From Octopus sinensis (Eukaryota): DNA of 64,000 nucleotides. The first letter of the stretch is position 1, and every line of letters begins with the position of its first letter. Made by a program: the position numbers and the translations under genes. Of this stretch, positions 1 through 14,943 are shown one piece after another. Below the pieces are notes generated by a model that ran no database searches, was not told where the DNA came from, and was given only the letters and a program-made list of their open reading frames with translations. The stretch covers positions 6,200,001 through 6,264,000 of the forward strand of contig NC_043001.1 in the NCBI RefSeq assembly GCF_006345805.1, given 5' to 3'.

Positions 1-1764
1 CTTTTTCAGCATTTAAAAACGAATGGAGTGACAGCTGTCTATGAATGAGCTGTATACAGGATGTATGGACGCCGGTTTCACCTCCAGTCACATTTAATGT
101 AGGATAAATATGATAATAACAAGAGGATGGAAGTTATAAATATTTAATACATCGCTACGCACGTTTCCACAAATCACTTGAGTTTGACATCAGAATCCGT
201 ATCCTTCAGCCGAGTACAGTAAAGACCGTATTATCTGTGGACATCCCAATGATTATCATCATCGATTCATTCCATCAGGTTATACTGCATTCGTGCATAA
301 ATCACAGAGGAATATTCATCTCTTCTTGCCTGTATGAAAGCCAATCAAGATATGTGGGTATTTCTGTGTGTACTTGGTAGGTGTAGAAAGGTGATGGGGA
401 AGAGGATGGAGCGGTAGTAATATGAGGATTGAGGTGTGTGTGGTGGTGGATTTATTTATTATTCATTCTGCATATTTTAAGAATAGCCATTCATTTAGCA
501 GATATAATGATGGTAGTACATTTTCTAGTTCTATTTCATTTAAAACGGGACTCTCCTCAATAAATTCTGGAGCCAACAGATGGTCAGCTGCCACATTGGG
601 GCCTGTTGACCAAATTCGTAACTACCACCCTCTCATGGTGAACTTTTGGTATGAACTTGGGTTCCTTCGCTCTTCTATAATTGGTTACTTCGTTTCAAAA
701 TATATATTTTTACAAATTCCATTATTGTTCTTTTGTTCCTATGCTTACTTGATATAACAATCTCCGAATATCCTATATGTCACGCTTTCTATCGATGTGA
801 TTATTTCCAGGGTTCCTTTTCCGCTTACATACTTTGAAGTAAGATATTTGTCTGGGAAGTCTGTTATGATATTTACTGTGTGCGTGTCCAAGCCAATGAA
901 AAGAGTCCTTTCTTGATCTCGGGATCCACTTTATCTGATTCACAAAATCAGCCATTTTTAATTTTGCTCAGATTGCTTTCAATTTGGGTGTTTCGATGCA
1001 ACTCTGAATTTTGATAAAGATCAACCATTTACTTGATATCGTAAATTAAAGAATCTGATGTCATTTGGAATAAAGTTGGGAAATTTGCGTTATTGTAGCC
1101 AATCAACAGACAGACTGTTACCATGACATCTACACGTTGTACTGTCTACATTCTTCACACAACACGATTTACTTGTTTTATTAATAATTTATATTTACCA
1201 ATTAGAATTCTATTATAGATATTTTTCGCCAATTGTCTTGATATTCTAAAATGTATTTCATAAATAGCAAAACTTGTTTGCAATATTTATACAGTTATTT
1301 GAATTAGAAAAGTGAATACGTGAATATTAGGAACTTAGTACACAACCTAACAACTACTATTCAAGCACAGTTCTGACAAAGCATCGGGGACGCATTGTCT
1401 CGGTATTGCCAAGCGTCAGGGTCTCACTGACTTAGATAGCTGGTTTTATGATTTTACTAGGTTAAGTCCGTTCATTAGGAGCCTTTTTCTTAAAATTTTA
1501 GCTTCACATTTTCACAGTTTAACTGAATTTTAGCCCACGTAACAGAAACTGAAAAGGATATCGTGAAACAGAGAAACTGTGGGGGATAAAGATAATTCGA
1601 CATTATTTTTTAATTTTGCTTGCAAAAACATGATACAGGTATTATTTTCTTGGGACAAATTCTTCGCTGACCAGTGTTACTCTTAACGTAGTTTACAAAT
1701 CCAGGCATAAAAACATAACTCAACTTTGGTGTTTTGGAGACAGACACCCCTTTTCACACATACA

Positions 1765-1814
<50 letters not shown>

Positions 1815-1884
1815 CACACAACACACAAACACACACACACTCATCTATATCTATCTATATAATATATATATATATTAGATATAT

Positions 1885-1943
<59 letters not shown>

Positions 1944-2055
1944 TATATATATATTATATATATATTATATATATATATAATATATATAAACTGTGTGAAT
2001 ATTCATATGCATATACATACACACACACACACATATATATATATATAACATATAA

Positions 2056-2086
<31 letters not shown>

Positions 2087-2088
2087 AT

Positions 2089-2189
<101 letters not shown>

Positions 2190-2221
2190 GATATTATATA
2201 TATATAATATATGTATATCTA

Positions 2222-2252
<31 letters not shown>

Positions 2253-2290
2253 GATAGATAGATATAGATAGATAGATAGATATTTATATG

Positions 2291-2332
<42 letters not shown>

Positions 2333-2353
2333 GATATATATATATATATATAT

Positions 2354-2394
<41 letters not shown>

Positions 2395-2848
2395 ATGTAT
2401 GTATACACATACATATATTTGTATTTGTATTTATTTAGCTCTTTCCGGCTGAAAAGTAATCGGCATTCATTAGTATTGATATAATATCACTATTATCCTG
2501 AGATTATTGAAGAAATTATTACATAGTTCACTTCTTCTATGGTTCAAAGTGGAAATTGGCCAGCGGCAATGTTCGCTCTCTGTTCGAGCAATATAATATA
2601 TTGAAATGATAATTGCACTTCCATTGATTTGGGAGTTTGTTCGACAGAGAAAATATAAGATGCCTTCAGGAAAAATTAGTTTAAAATCATTTTCTTTCTA
2701 TGATCTTCCTTTTTCAAACCACGTAATGTTAACACTGCTGCTCTTTTGCCTTTGGTATTATATATTATATTATGGCTTCGAAATGTATACATTTATTTAA
2801 GAAGGGGAGTGACAACATTACTAAAAGAGCACTACTGTAAAAAAAGAC

Positions 2849-2882
<34 letters not shown>

Positions 2883-2886
2883 AATG

Positions 2887-2958
<72 letters not shown>

Positions 2959-3605
2959 GTAATAATAATAATAGTAATAATAATAATAATAATAATGATG
3001 ATGATAATAATAATAGTAATGATCATTATTTCGAAACATTCATTTAACGATATTAAATTGATCATAGAAATTTTACCCATAAACCTCGGAAGATTTTTCT
3101 CGATGCAATAATGTAATAACAACATGTTCTCTTCGCAAAGAAAATAAAAATTTTCATTCGAGAACATGTGTAGTTATGTAGTATTTCACACACAATTAAA
3201 ATTGAAATTCACTTGCGATAGCCCGAAGCATGTAACATGTGAAATTAGTAACTTTTGTTGTTTGAAATGTATATAAGAACGAAATATAGAAGAAATATAT
3301 TAACAATCAATAACGAAAGCTACAAATCGATGGCGTTTCTTGAGAGCACTTGTAGGAGGCAATGCTGCATTATACTTAAGATGGCGTAGAACTGTGTATG
3401 AGTGTGTATACATAAGTGTGTGTGCTTGTTGAGTGTGTGTGTTTGTGTGTGTGTGAGTTTGTGCATGGACACGTATTGTTTTACATAATATTGTTTGTTC
3501 TGTGAAAACCTTTTCAGTGCCTCAGGGTCACTTTCATAATGTTTACATAAAAAATGAAATAGCTGTCACTCGCAAGCGAGTGTGACGTAGTCACCTGTAT
3601 TATGT

Positions 3606-3910
3606 GGGGGCACATGGTCTAGTAGTTAGAGCAGCGGACTCGCGGTCGGGGGATCGCAGGTTCAATTTTCAGACCGGGTGATCTGTGTGTTTATGAGCAA
3701 AAACACCTAACCTCCACCCGGCTCCGACAGAATGTAATGTCGAAATTCTGCTGAATCTTTCGCCACAACTTTCTCTCACTCTTTCCTCCTGCATCTTGCA
3801 GCTCGCCTGCGACGGACCGGCGTCCCGTCCAGGTGGGGAATGTATATGCCAATGAAACCGGGAAACCGGCCCTTATGAGCCAGGCAGGGCTCGAGAAGGA
3901 ACAAACAAAA
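3606..3910 (+). mobile_element. tRNA-derived SINE (family A)
   Basis: tRNA-like head GGGGGCACATGGTCTAGTAGTTAGAGCAGCGGACTCGCGGTCGGGGGATCGCAGGTTCAATTTT with A/B-box-like motifs; homologous heads at 37443, 38082 and 62896; (AAAC)n-like tail. Confidence 0.8.
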
Positions 3911-4870
3911 CAAACCCGTGTTATGCATCTGGTAAGAGACATAAAGGATTAAGGTTTCGCTTACTGACTTCGACTATTCTGCCGTTCACCCACCAATGTT
4001 TTGAGAGCTAGACTGCAAAAGGCTTTTAACAACACTGGACTCTTAATTATATTCAACTGATTAGAGGAGATTAAGATCAAATCTAGTGTGACAAGCAGGT
4101 TCAGTGTCCAACTCTCCCCAGCACTGTAACACACGGCCTTGTTAACATCGGACCACATCCATAAACACCAGGTCACGTACATTTTCATACGCACAAACAC
4201 ATGCGTGCACACACACATGCACGTGTATATACATTAAGAAAAAAGAGCTAATCAGGATTGTGGTTAATTATTCATTAGCGATTTTGTCCCTTTATGATAA
4301 CTTTTCAGATCAGTTTTTCAGAGAATATATTTGTGTTTTTTATAAAGGAGAAAGAGGATTTTGTTTTTGTTTTCTTTCGAAAAGAAGAAATAGATATTCA
4401 AGCAGATCAGTGTACGTGAGACAGTTTGTATATGCGTGAGTGTGCCTGCGTGTGTGGATGTGTGTGTGGATGTAAATATGCAATGTGTGTATGTAGAAAA
4501 ACTATATGGCAACGTGAATGGGCGGATAGATGTAAACGCATGTACCTGTATATATGTGGATGTACATGTGTGAATATGTGTATATATGTGTATGAAGGGT
4601 GTACATGTGTTTGTGTGTGTGTATATATACCAGGGTGTGCTGAGATGTTCTTGCTTTTAAGGGTATCCCGAACCACCTGGTTGGAAGTCCAACCTTCCGG
4701 GTCTCTTCACAGGGCTTAATAAAACAGAAAGACCGCGGCAATAAATGTGTGAATCTGAGACGGGAATATATTGAATATAATCGTAATTAACTGATCCTCT
4801 TATATTTTCTCTTACACAACTTTACAGCAGGCCCTCCTATGTACCTGTATATATGTATATATGTATATAA

Positions 4871-4922
<52 letters not shown>

Positions 4923-5147
4923 ACACATACACACAACGATTATAATTTTAACGAATATATGTATTCTGTATATCCACTATCTTTTTCTACTTTATAACTT
5001 GTAATACGGCATATATTCATGGTCATTGTAATCATAAACATATGCACTCCAGATAATATTATAATCCCGTCTAGCCAAATCAGGGATCTCCTCCGTTTTG
5101 CTGCCAGTTTCAAATCGCTTCAATTTCTGTTGGAATTGATTTCATCT

Positions 5148-6480
5148 TCAGTGTAACGATGTTAGGTTTTTCATTATCGCTAATTTTTTCTCAATTTCTT
5201 TATCCTTTTTGTACAACATTACAGCTTTGAGATTTCTTCCTTTTGGTCTTCCTCCTTCCTTGCATGTTTTCAGACATTCTTCCACTTTTGTTGACCATTT
5301 TTTCGTTTCATCCCACGTTGAACCTTCACTCACCTTAGTTGCTGTATCCCTCCCTTCGTGCGTTCGATCCTCTGTATCATCGGCAGACTTCTTTTTACTT
5401 TTTTTCTTTTTTTTGGTCTTTGGGTGGAGATTCCACCCAGGTTCGCTTTCTATCCTCTTTTTCTTCTGTTCTTTCCTTTTCTTTCTCCTTCACTAACTCG
5501 TCGCCACTTTCCACATGATCTATTGTCACGATTTTATCTTCCCCTTGCAGTTCCACATTCTCCTTTTCTAACGCCTCTGTCAAAGCCTCCATTCCTTCCT
5601 CCAGTGTTATCGTCTTCTCTTGTATTTCTCTTTGAGGACACACATCCTTTTTGTGCCCTCTGCTCTTACATTTGTAACACACTGGAGGTCTCCCCTCCAC
5701 CACGACTCTCAGTCATGTCTCGTGGGGGAACACCAACTCCTCTGGGATGTTATACAAATCTGGCATGGTTATGTGGACCGAAGCCTGCACCGCATAACCC
5801 CACCAGTTTATTTATTTCGACTTTTCCACCTTAAGAATGTCCACGCTCTCTTTGTAGTTGTAGATTATTGCAGCTACTATTCTTTCGGTATCAAATTCCG
5901 GTGGGATTTAGCTTATTCGTATCCTCACAGCTCTTTTTCCACAATAACTTGTAAGTAACACCCATTTTTCGTATTTAAATACTGTTGTGGCGTTCCTCTT
6001 CGCTCCGTCTTCATTTTCAAAACAAACGTCTACCGTACCGTATTTTCTATTTCTATTGTAGAAGTTAGTTCTTCCTTTAATTTCCAGTAGACATTTCTCA
6101 ATCTCTTCCACCTCTGCTACTTCTATTCTCTTTGAAACCACATTCCAAGTTCTGTATGTTATGATCTTTTTCTCCGCTTCTTTCACTTCGTCTTCAGGTG
6201 GTGTAACCCTCAGGTAACCCCCTTCCTTCTTGAAGCTGTCGTAGTATTTCTTCAAATTTTCCCTCTCGACAATTATTTGTTCCAACTGTAATTCGTTCAC
6301 AGTCAGGCCCCCGCCTGCTGCTCCCGCACAAGTTTGGGCTTGAATACCCAACAAAAAATCCAACAATTCAAAACGGCGCAACAGTTCTCAACAACAACAA
6401 TCAGCAAAATCCAACTCACCACCGCAATTACAAAATAACCGACACAAACACTTCCGTGAATCTGCTAGTTGAGATGCCTG
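5148..6480 (-). mobile_element. L1/Tx1-like non-LTR retrotransposon 5' portion: 5' UTR and disrupted ORF1 (RRM-like region plus CCHC zinc knuckle)
   Basis: Consecutive minus-strand frames 6381-5908, 5703-5395 and 5333-5148; knuckle GRPPVCYKCKSRGHKKDVCP (CX2CX4HX4C); lysine/glutamate-rich tail; broken by frameshifts and stops; no ORF2 follows. Confidence 0.75.
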
Positions 6481-6928
6481 TCTAGCCTTCGCAAATATAT
6501 ATATTTACAGTGAAAATGATGACGAAGCGAAGAGGAACGCCACGACAGTATTGAAATACGAAAAATGGGTGTTACTTATAAGTTATTGTGGAAAAAGTGC
6601 AGTGAGAATACGAATAAGCAAACGTGTACAGTGAAAATCTATTTTGTTCATCTCAGCCACGAGTGTATCAGAAAAATAATTCAGCACTGAATAGATACCG
6701 GTTAAATATTTATGAAATAAATTAAAGCATAAAATCTATATAAGAGGAATGGAAGATTTATTACCACGTTAACCTTGAAATCATTCGATATAGAACTAAA
6801 CTTATTCAGAAGGATTTTTATTCATTATTTCAATTTCAGTGCATGTGTGTATTTATTAAAGTAGCTTAGGACCATTTGACGTCTCTTCCCAGTTTATAGC
6901 ATCAGCTCTTGTAATTTCCCTCACTATA

Positions 6929-6995
<67 letters not shown>

Positions 6996-6996
6996 G

Positions 6997-7030
<34 letters not shown>

Positions 7031-7032
7031 AT

Positions 7033-7100
<68 letters not shown>

Positions 7101-7113
7101 TATAATATACATA

Positions 7114-7151
<38 letters not shown>

Positions 7152-7164
7152 CATATATAATATA

Positions 7165-7196
<32 letters not shown>

Positions 7197-7234
7197 TTAT
7201 ACATGTATATATTATATATATATTAATGTATGTA

Positions 7235-7273
<39 letters not shown>

Positions 7274-7759
7274 ATATATATATATATATATAACTACGAA
7301 CATATAACTTTAAAAATTTTTTTATGATTCACATATATGTCATTTACCCATGTGTGCTATTTCACTCTTCATTTTTTTCAATTCATTAAGTAAATCGTTT
7401 CCGTCAAACACATAGTCGATTCATGCCAAATATGTCCAAGTCCCTTAGCTACAGTAGATACAGTTTCACAATTGTCGCATTCATGACGCCAATTAAGGCA
7501 GAAACATAGGTCCAGGAGTGTCACATTTCTTCTTCTTTTTTTTATTTTGTGGAACCAGTAATTCTATTAGACTCTTTCTCAAATGGAGCTTTTTATAATT
7601 GTCACATGGTATTTATGATGCCAACTCTAGAGACGGTGATAATTTCAATAAAGGAAAAAACGCTCGAATTTATGTTATATCATATTTGCCTACGCTGACC
7701 TCATACATACAACTGGCAATTCTGATTGATTTCTATTACTTCATTTCATACACACACAA

Positions 7760-8040
<281 letters not shown>

Positions 8041-8052
8041 ACATATATGCAT

Positions 8053-8084
<32 letters not shown>

Positions 8085-8409
8085 ATATATATATATATAT
8101 AGATATATATATATATATATTTGTATAAAGAAAATAAGACAATGTAGAAAATGCTAAAATAATTATATAATGAAGAACATTTCAGTACCGATTTCAGTCT
8201 TAGCGAGTGTTTCAACTAAGAGTAAAGCATGAAAAATAATAAAATTGAGGAAAAAGTAAATGTAATGTATTTTTAAAAAATATTTCCAAAGTTTTCAAAT
8301 GCAAGGAACATTTCTGTCTGTCTCTGTCTCTCGTTTTTAGTCATGTGTGTTCTAGGCAGTGGGCAGCAGGTAGTAGTAGTTTGATATATATATATATATA
8401 TATATATAT

Positions 8410-8620
8410 ACAGGACTAAATATCGCAATGGTTTGGGCTTCAGGTGTCCACCGCTCTTCAATATCCTTCCACAAATCTTGATACCCCAACAAAATGTTGA
8501 TAAAGATGCAATGAATGCAAACTTGTACGCATTAATTTCAGCAACAACAGACTCCTTCATTTACCAAATGCTACATATCATTGGAGGTTTCAAGTAGTGG
8601 AAGTGTGGCAAAGCTAGTGA
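8410..8620 (+). mobile_element. CR1/L2-group LINE 3' end fragment
   Basis: Translates RTKYRNGLGFRCPPLFNILPQIL, homologous to the C-terminus of the LINE at 25.8-26.0 kb (SILGLKGPQSFNIHPKSLRDLH). Confidence 0.6.
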
Positions 8621-9129
8621 CCTGGATGAAGCCCTGTTCGATCCAACTTGTATTAAATATGCTTTTGTATGGATTTCTCGCACTGAGGAATTTGCAGATG
8701 CATATCCAATTAAAGGATTACTCCTGCTGTTTAATAACATATGGGAGCGAATGAAATTAGAAGAGCTTTGAAACAATGTTATCACCTCCACGATATATAT
8801 ATATATATATATATATATGTATCGCTTTCGAAAGTCTTACTCTCCGACACCGCAGATTCATGTTCTGAGACATTGATATTGTAATGAATTCCAAATGTTT
8901 GGTGCCTCTTATACTTTATTTATAGTTTAATAATTGCATCAAAAATTCTTAAGTATAACAACGTTACTATCTAGGTTGAGATCTTAAGAGGAAAAATATT
9001 TTCAGTATGGCGGTCTCCTCGTCGATCACATATTAGAAAATGATACTATCCATCAACTGATTATTCTGAAACAATCATTTTCACTAAGCCATCATCAATC
9101 ATTTGCTTTTTGTTCGACAAAAAATTCGT

Positions 9130-10330
9130 AAATACTTTCAATACTTAATTAGTTATTCAGTATACGAAATTAATACACTTAATTGTTTTCTTTTCTAATC
9201 AATTTTAATAAGTATTCTTGTTTCCCTGAAATATCATGTGACTATCGTTCGACCTTAGAAGACATGTAATGTCCTTTAAACGGAAATTTTTAAAACGCAT
9301 TTGTAAGCGAAGTATCGAAAGGAATAAATTGTTGCCGTTTAAATAATGTTGCTATGTGCTAAATGGATGATAAATAGATGGACGAATGTGAAGAGATTAA
9401 GGACTTGAGGAAAACACATCATGTTTAGTTCCAGTATTTTCTTGATTGCGTGGACAATATGGGATCTTGTAATATCGTATCAGAACCCGCCTTAGGAGTG
9501 ACTAATGACAAGCGTTTTTGTTTTCTTCTGCAAAATATTGCGCAATTGTTCCAATTGACGATGTTTCTTCTGTGCATTTACTGTTTCGTTTCTGTTTAAC
9601 ATTTCAAGATAGAGACCACTAATTCTATGTCACCAAACACTGCACATAAAACCTTGTACGGCTGTAGACCTGGTTTGGAGATGGATTCTCTTCGTCCATT
9701 GTGTGTCGAACCACTGGCGTTTTCATTTTCTATGATTTTAGATGAACCACTTTTCATTATCTCTGGCGTTTCTAACCAGAAAAGGATCGGTAGCTATGAT
9801 ATTTCTCAATGATGAAGAGAGGACAAAATTCTGATTAGGTTGAGACGTAATTAGGTTGAGAAAATAGAGGAGACTCCGACCAATTTCGGACAGTATTTTT
9901 AGTTCATGAAGATGCTTATGGTCGAAAACTTAATTGACTTAAAATGTTTGCTAAAACTCGTACAATTTTCTTCGAATGTTCTTCAACTACATTTTTATGA
10001 AGCTCAAAATTGACAGCTCTTGCTTACCCACACGAAGGAGAATTATAGTTATCTCAGGAAAAGTGCTCTCCTGAACAAAATTGGTGAAATAGCCGTTGGC
10101 ATATGCAGATATTTAATGCTTGATTTCCAGCGACGGATTGATTATTTCTTGCCATCACTTTTATCGAAATATGCCGTTGAAATTCATACTGCTGGCAGCG
10201 CCTTGACTGAGTTTCTTCTAAACTTTAGATTCTAGACTCTGTTTCAAGAAGTACATTATAAAAGAATTTGACCCATAAAACATAATATAACCAGCAACGT
10301 AACGAAGAATCATTAGAATATTAAAATTAG
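9130..10330 (-). mobile_element. Decayed mariner (Tc1/mariner) transposase
   Basis: Minus-strand fragments DNEKWFI*NHRK*KRQW (cf. GDEKWILYxNxKRKRxW), KPGLQPYKVLCAVFGD (cf. KPGLHPKKVMLCVWWD) and ETVNAQKKHRQLEQL (cf. ETINxxxYCxQLxxL) in the expected order; many stops. Confidence 0.7.
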
Positions 10331-10474
10331 CGCTTATTTACCGGTAAGTATTGAAAAACGTTACTTTGAAGTGATCGTGTTAAAAATGCGACTGGACCAC
10401 ATCTCCAGTCCGACACATTTATATTAACGTCCATTTGTAAAAGTATTGTATCTGGAGAAATGCTGTAATTATTA

Positions 10475-10512
<38 letters not shown>

Positions 10513-10518
<6 letters not shown>

Positions 10519-10645
10519 TATTATTATTATTATTAACCCTCCGCCTTCGCGAAGGCAGAGGTATTGTTTTCAGTTGTGTTTGATATTTTGAGCGTGAACA
10601 AGATGTCTCAAGGACTACTGGATGGATTCGGATGAAATATTTTTT
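10513..10645 (+). mobile_element. Helentron/HINE-like non-autonomous element 5' part inserted in (TTA)n
   Basis: TTAACCCTCCGCCTTCGCGAAGGCAGAGGTATTGTTTTC terminal hairpin; second copy at about 56017-56130, also after (TTA)n. Confidence 0.5.
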
Positions 10646-10725
10646 TTCACTTTGTTGAAATTTTTATCATTGTTGTTGTTGTTATTATTATTATTATCAT
10701 TATTATTATTATTATCATTATCATT

Positions 10726-10759
<34 letters not shown>

Positions 10760-12194
10760 ATATTATTATTATTATTGTTATTACTATGACTGTTATTATT
10801 ATTATTATTATTATTAGTTGAATATAAAATATTCCAAGCGATTCACAGTGGTGTTCTATTCTAATTTTAGTTCTAATCTAATTAATATAACAGATCACAT
10901 CATCAATTCGGAAAATTTTAAGTTTTCAGATAATTGTTTAGCAGCGACATCACTATTTGAAAAATTGTTGAATCATTTCAATTGAGGAATGAAGAAAGTT
11001 GTTTTCATGCTAAAGGTTTTACTAGAATCAGCATGCAATGTTGATGATTAAACTAGTTTAACTTCGTCGCGGAAGCCATTTCGTGACTACTGTGTCGCAA
11101 TCGAACAAAAGAGAGGATTCCTCTCAATTTTAGGCTGCAGGTTTATTTAATTTCCTATGTAATTCATTCGAATGCGTCCACACGATCTCTTTGTTTAAAT
11201 ATTCATACTAAATGCTATCGTTATGTATTTCCATACACCTCAGCAATTCCAAACCTTGCCATGTCTGTAAAACAACCGATATACTCTTATCCACCTCCAC
11301 ACATTCAAACTTGACAATAAAATATTTAAACAGCAATTAGCAAACTGCTTGGCAGCTATTTATTATCTCTAGTAAATGTAAATGATGAATCTCTATCGTT
11401 TCACAGTGGGACGTAAAATAAAAGAGATTTCTTTGGTGATTGTTTTCAGATTGGTCAGCAAATGTCTGATAAAATATTTGCTTCGGAAGCTAATGATTAT
11501 GTACAAGTCTTCCTTCGAAATAACCTTGTTAAAATATTTTAGATGCGAACTCATCTTGTTTTTTTATATGCAATACCATGTAAATCTTGAGACAAAACAC
11601 TAAACAATTTTACATGGTTTTACAGACACTTGTGTAACGTCTGATACATAGACACCTTGGTCAGTATTTAACCTATATTCACACAGTTTCATATAATAAA
11701 ATAAAGAAGTATAAAAGAATCTGTAATTCTATCACCCTTTTTTTGTTCTCTGTCACTCTTTCTTTCATATTCTTTCTAAGATTTCATGCAGAGAGACCTT
11801 TATTAATCCTAATTCGCCGATGCACATGGCTTGTCATTCGCTTTCAGTTTCATAACAAATTTCCATATCTCCATTTCGTATCAGGAAAATAACCCCCACC
11901 CGACGACAATTAATCCCTAGGACATTTACCCCGCTTTGTTAAATACCCCCTATCCTATATATTAAGAAGTTTTAAATCATCCTCTGTTGTCCTCAGTGGT
12001 AAGTGTCCTGGGAGCAGGGTATGTCCTAGATTCTTAAGATTGCGTCTCTACTTCTCACGCAAAAACACTATGATTACGCATGCGCAGGAACACACACACT
12101 CTAATACATACACACACATACGCAAAAGAAGTAGTTTGATATCATATCAGCTAGACATATTGAAAAACATGTGGTCGGACAAACAGTAAAACAA

Positions 12195-12712
<518 letters not shown>

Positions 12713-13219
12713 TACATATATATTTGCATGTATTTATATAAATGCTAACCTCATCATTACTACATATAATATTTCTATTGCACGTGGGTTTCTAGAAACA
12801 CCAGTTATATCACTAGCGTATAATTAGTTCTGGTCTGCAGTTTCTGTCAGATACCGTTGTTGTTCCTCCATTTATATTATTTTCAAACTACATCTGTATC
12901 AGCATCGGCAGTGTAGCAGTGGATTTAATCTAGTGAAAATGAAGATACATTTTCAGTTTCCGAAATAGACAGCACTATTGCGATATCTTTCCATCCAGAG
13001 GTTGCAATATTCATACTTTGTACGCTATCACTCAAAATGATATATCTTGCTTCAACAAACATCATATTTATCTTTCAATTACATCCAGTGTTATCAGCAG
13101 ACTAAATAAAGTGTCGTTCTATTTCCCATCATCTGTTCAGATGCATTAAAATAGAAATGTCATGTAATTTAACTCAATAGTTCCTTGCGCATTTGACCTA
13201 ATATTTTCGTTATTGACAG

Positions 13220-13264
13220 GTGATATTGCCATTGAAGACGTGGAACGCCATGATTATATATGGG
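13220..13264 (+). CDS. Candidate 45-nt phase-1/phase-1 micro-exon, (G)DIAIEDVERHDYIW(G)
   Basis: Acceptor TTTTCGTTATTGACAG, donor GG|GTGAGG, length divisible by 3; no partner exons found. Confidence 0.3.
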
Positions 13265-13724
13265 GTGAGGATTATTTATATGTCTTTTGAATATTATGAT
13301 ATTTTTTTCTTAAGAAGGAGAATTCCAAGTAACAATCCTCTGAACTAAAAGATGTCAAATCTATTGCTGACAGGCTTTCACTCTTTTTCGACAACATCGG
13401 ACTTCACATCTTATTACAGGTTGAAAGAAATATAATGTCTCGCTTTAAATATAGCTGCAATGTAACTCTTCGTGTGCCGTTGATTATATGTTTTCCTTCA
13501 TTGGAATTTTTCCTGTTCTTCTTTTCCGACGGAAAGCTATGCTCGAAACGTCAAACACTCTCCTTCCATCAAGCGCCAAAAAAGTAGATTTTTTTATGCC
13601 TGTCCACATGTATTTCTTTATTCCTTTATTTGAACTGTTTCTGTATTTCAATTGACTAAATATATACATATATATATACATACATACACGAACGCACACA
13701 CAGAGTCAAACACACACAAACACA

Positions 13725-13756
<32 letters not shown>

Positions 13757-13759
<3 letters not shown>

Positions 13760-14083
13760 CTAAACCTCGCTAAGATAAATATTTCAATTAACCTGAAGAT
13801 TGACTGTAACCATAACTCGAATTATTACGAATTGTACAGCCATAAAACGATCGTAGTGTTTTACTCTTTATCTTTTATTAAACTTTTAATACTTTTGATA
13901 TATACTTAAAATAATATAAATTAATTAATTTTATGTATTGGCTTATGTTTTGCATTGTTTGATTTGCCTAATAGTGGTTTTATCTCTAATTTAATATAAT
14001 ATAATATATGTTACTATAAAATTGGATTTAATCCTAAATCTGATTTTCCCTGTAAGTTTGGATTTATTCCCTAATATTTTATT
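13757..14083 (+). mobile_element. PLE terminal fragment with degenerate hammerhead (same family as the 14.5-14.95 kb palindrome)
   Basis: CUGAAGA (13793-13799) ... GACUGUA/UACAGCC stem ... AAAA-CGAUCGUA (13855); downstream sequence matches the reverse complement of 14530-14700. Confidence 0.65.
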
Positions 14084-14449
14084 ATATATATATATGGTGT
14101 AGAGAGGGTTTCAGTGCTAGCTGTAAAAAGATGTTAAGTTATTTAAGGTATTTATAGGAGTTGCAAGTTCTAGGAAATTGTTTTTAAAGACTAATTATAT
14201 ATAAAAACAAGAAACTGACCGTTCAATTTTTTTCTTTTTACTCTCCATTAGTTAGAAGTTACAAATCTGAATGTGTGGGACAATCCTATTTACTAATGCC
14301 GATATCGGTGGGTTCATTTCCTCCAATATTAGACTACAGTTTAAAGATAATATACGGTGGAAAGTTAATCATATCTACAAAAGTGTCAACCATCACCGTT
14401 TCTTAACTTAGGTGGACATATATACGTATAGTATATATATATATATTAT

Positions 14450-14533
<84 letters not shown>

Positions 14534-14611
14534 TAAATATTAGGGAATAAATCCAAATTTACAGGGAAAAAAATCAGATTTAGGATTAAATCCAATTTTA
14601 TAGTAAAATAT

Positions 14612-14943
14612 TATAAAATATTATTAGAGACAAAACCACTATTTTGCAAAACAAACAAGGAAAGACTTAATCAATACATAAAATTTTAATAAATAGTCAA
14701 AAAAACCGCCACTACAATCGTTTCTTGTCTTGATCGACAATCTTCAGGTGGACTTCCAATAAGTCAGTTTCAAATTTGATAATTTCATAATTTGAAACTG
14801 ACTTATTGGAAGTCCACCTGAAGATTGTCGATCAAGACAAGAAACGATTGTAGTGGCGGTTTTTTTGACTATTTATTAAAATTTTATGTATTGATTAAGT
14901 CTTTCCTTGTTTGTTTTGCAAAATAGTGGTTTTGTCTCTAATA

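Noticed and set aside
1-960. Coding-like minus-strand sequence (DDDNHWDV, HWLGHAHSKYH, KEPKFIPKVHHERVVV)
   Set aside because: Broken by stops and frameshifts; the resemblance to Helitron Rep/Hel or zinc-finger motifs is too weak to assign without a tblastx search.
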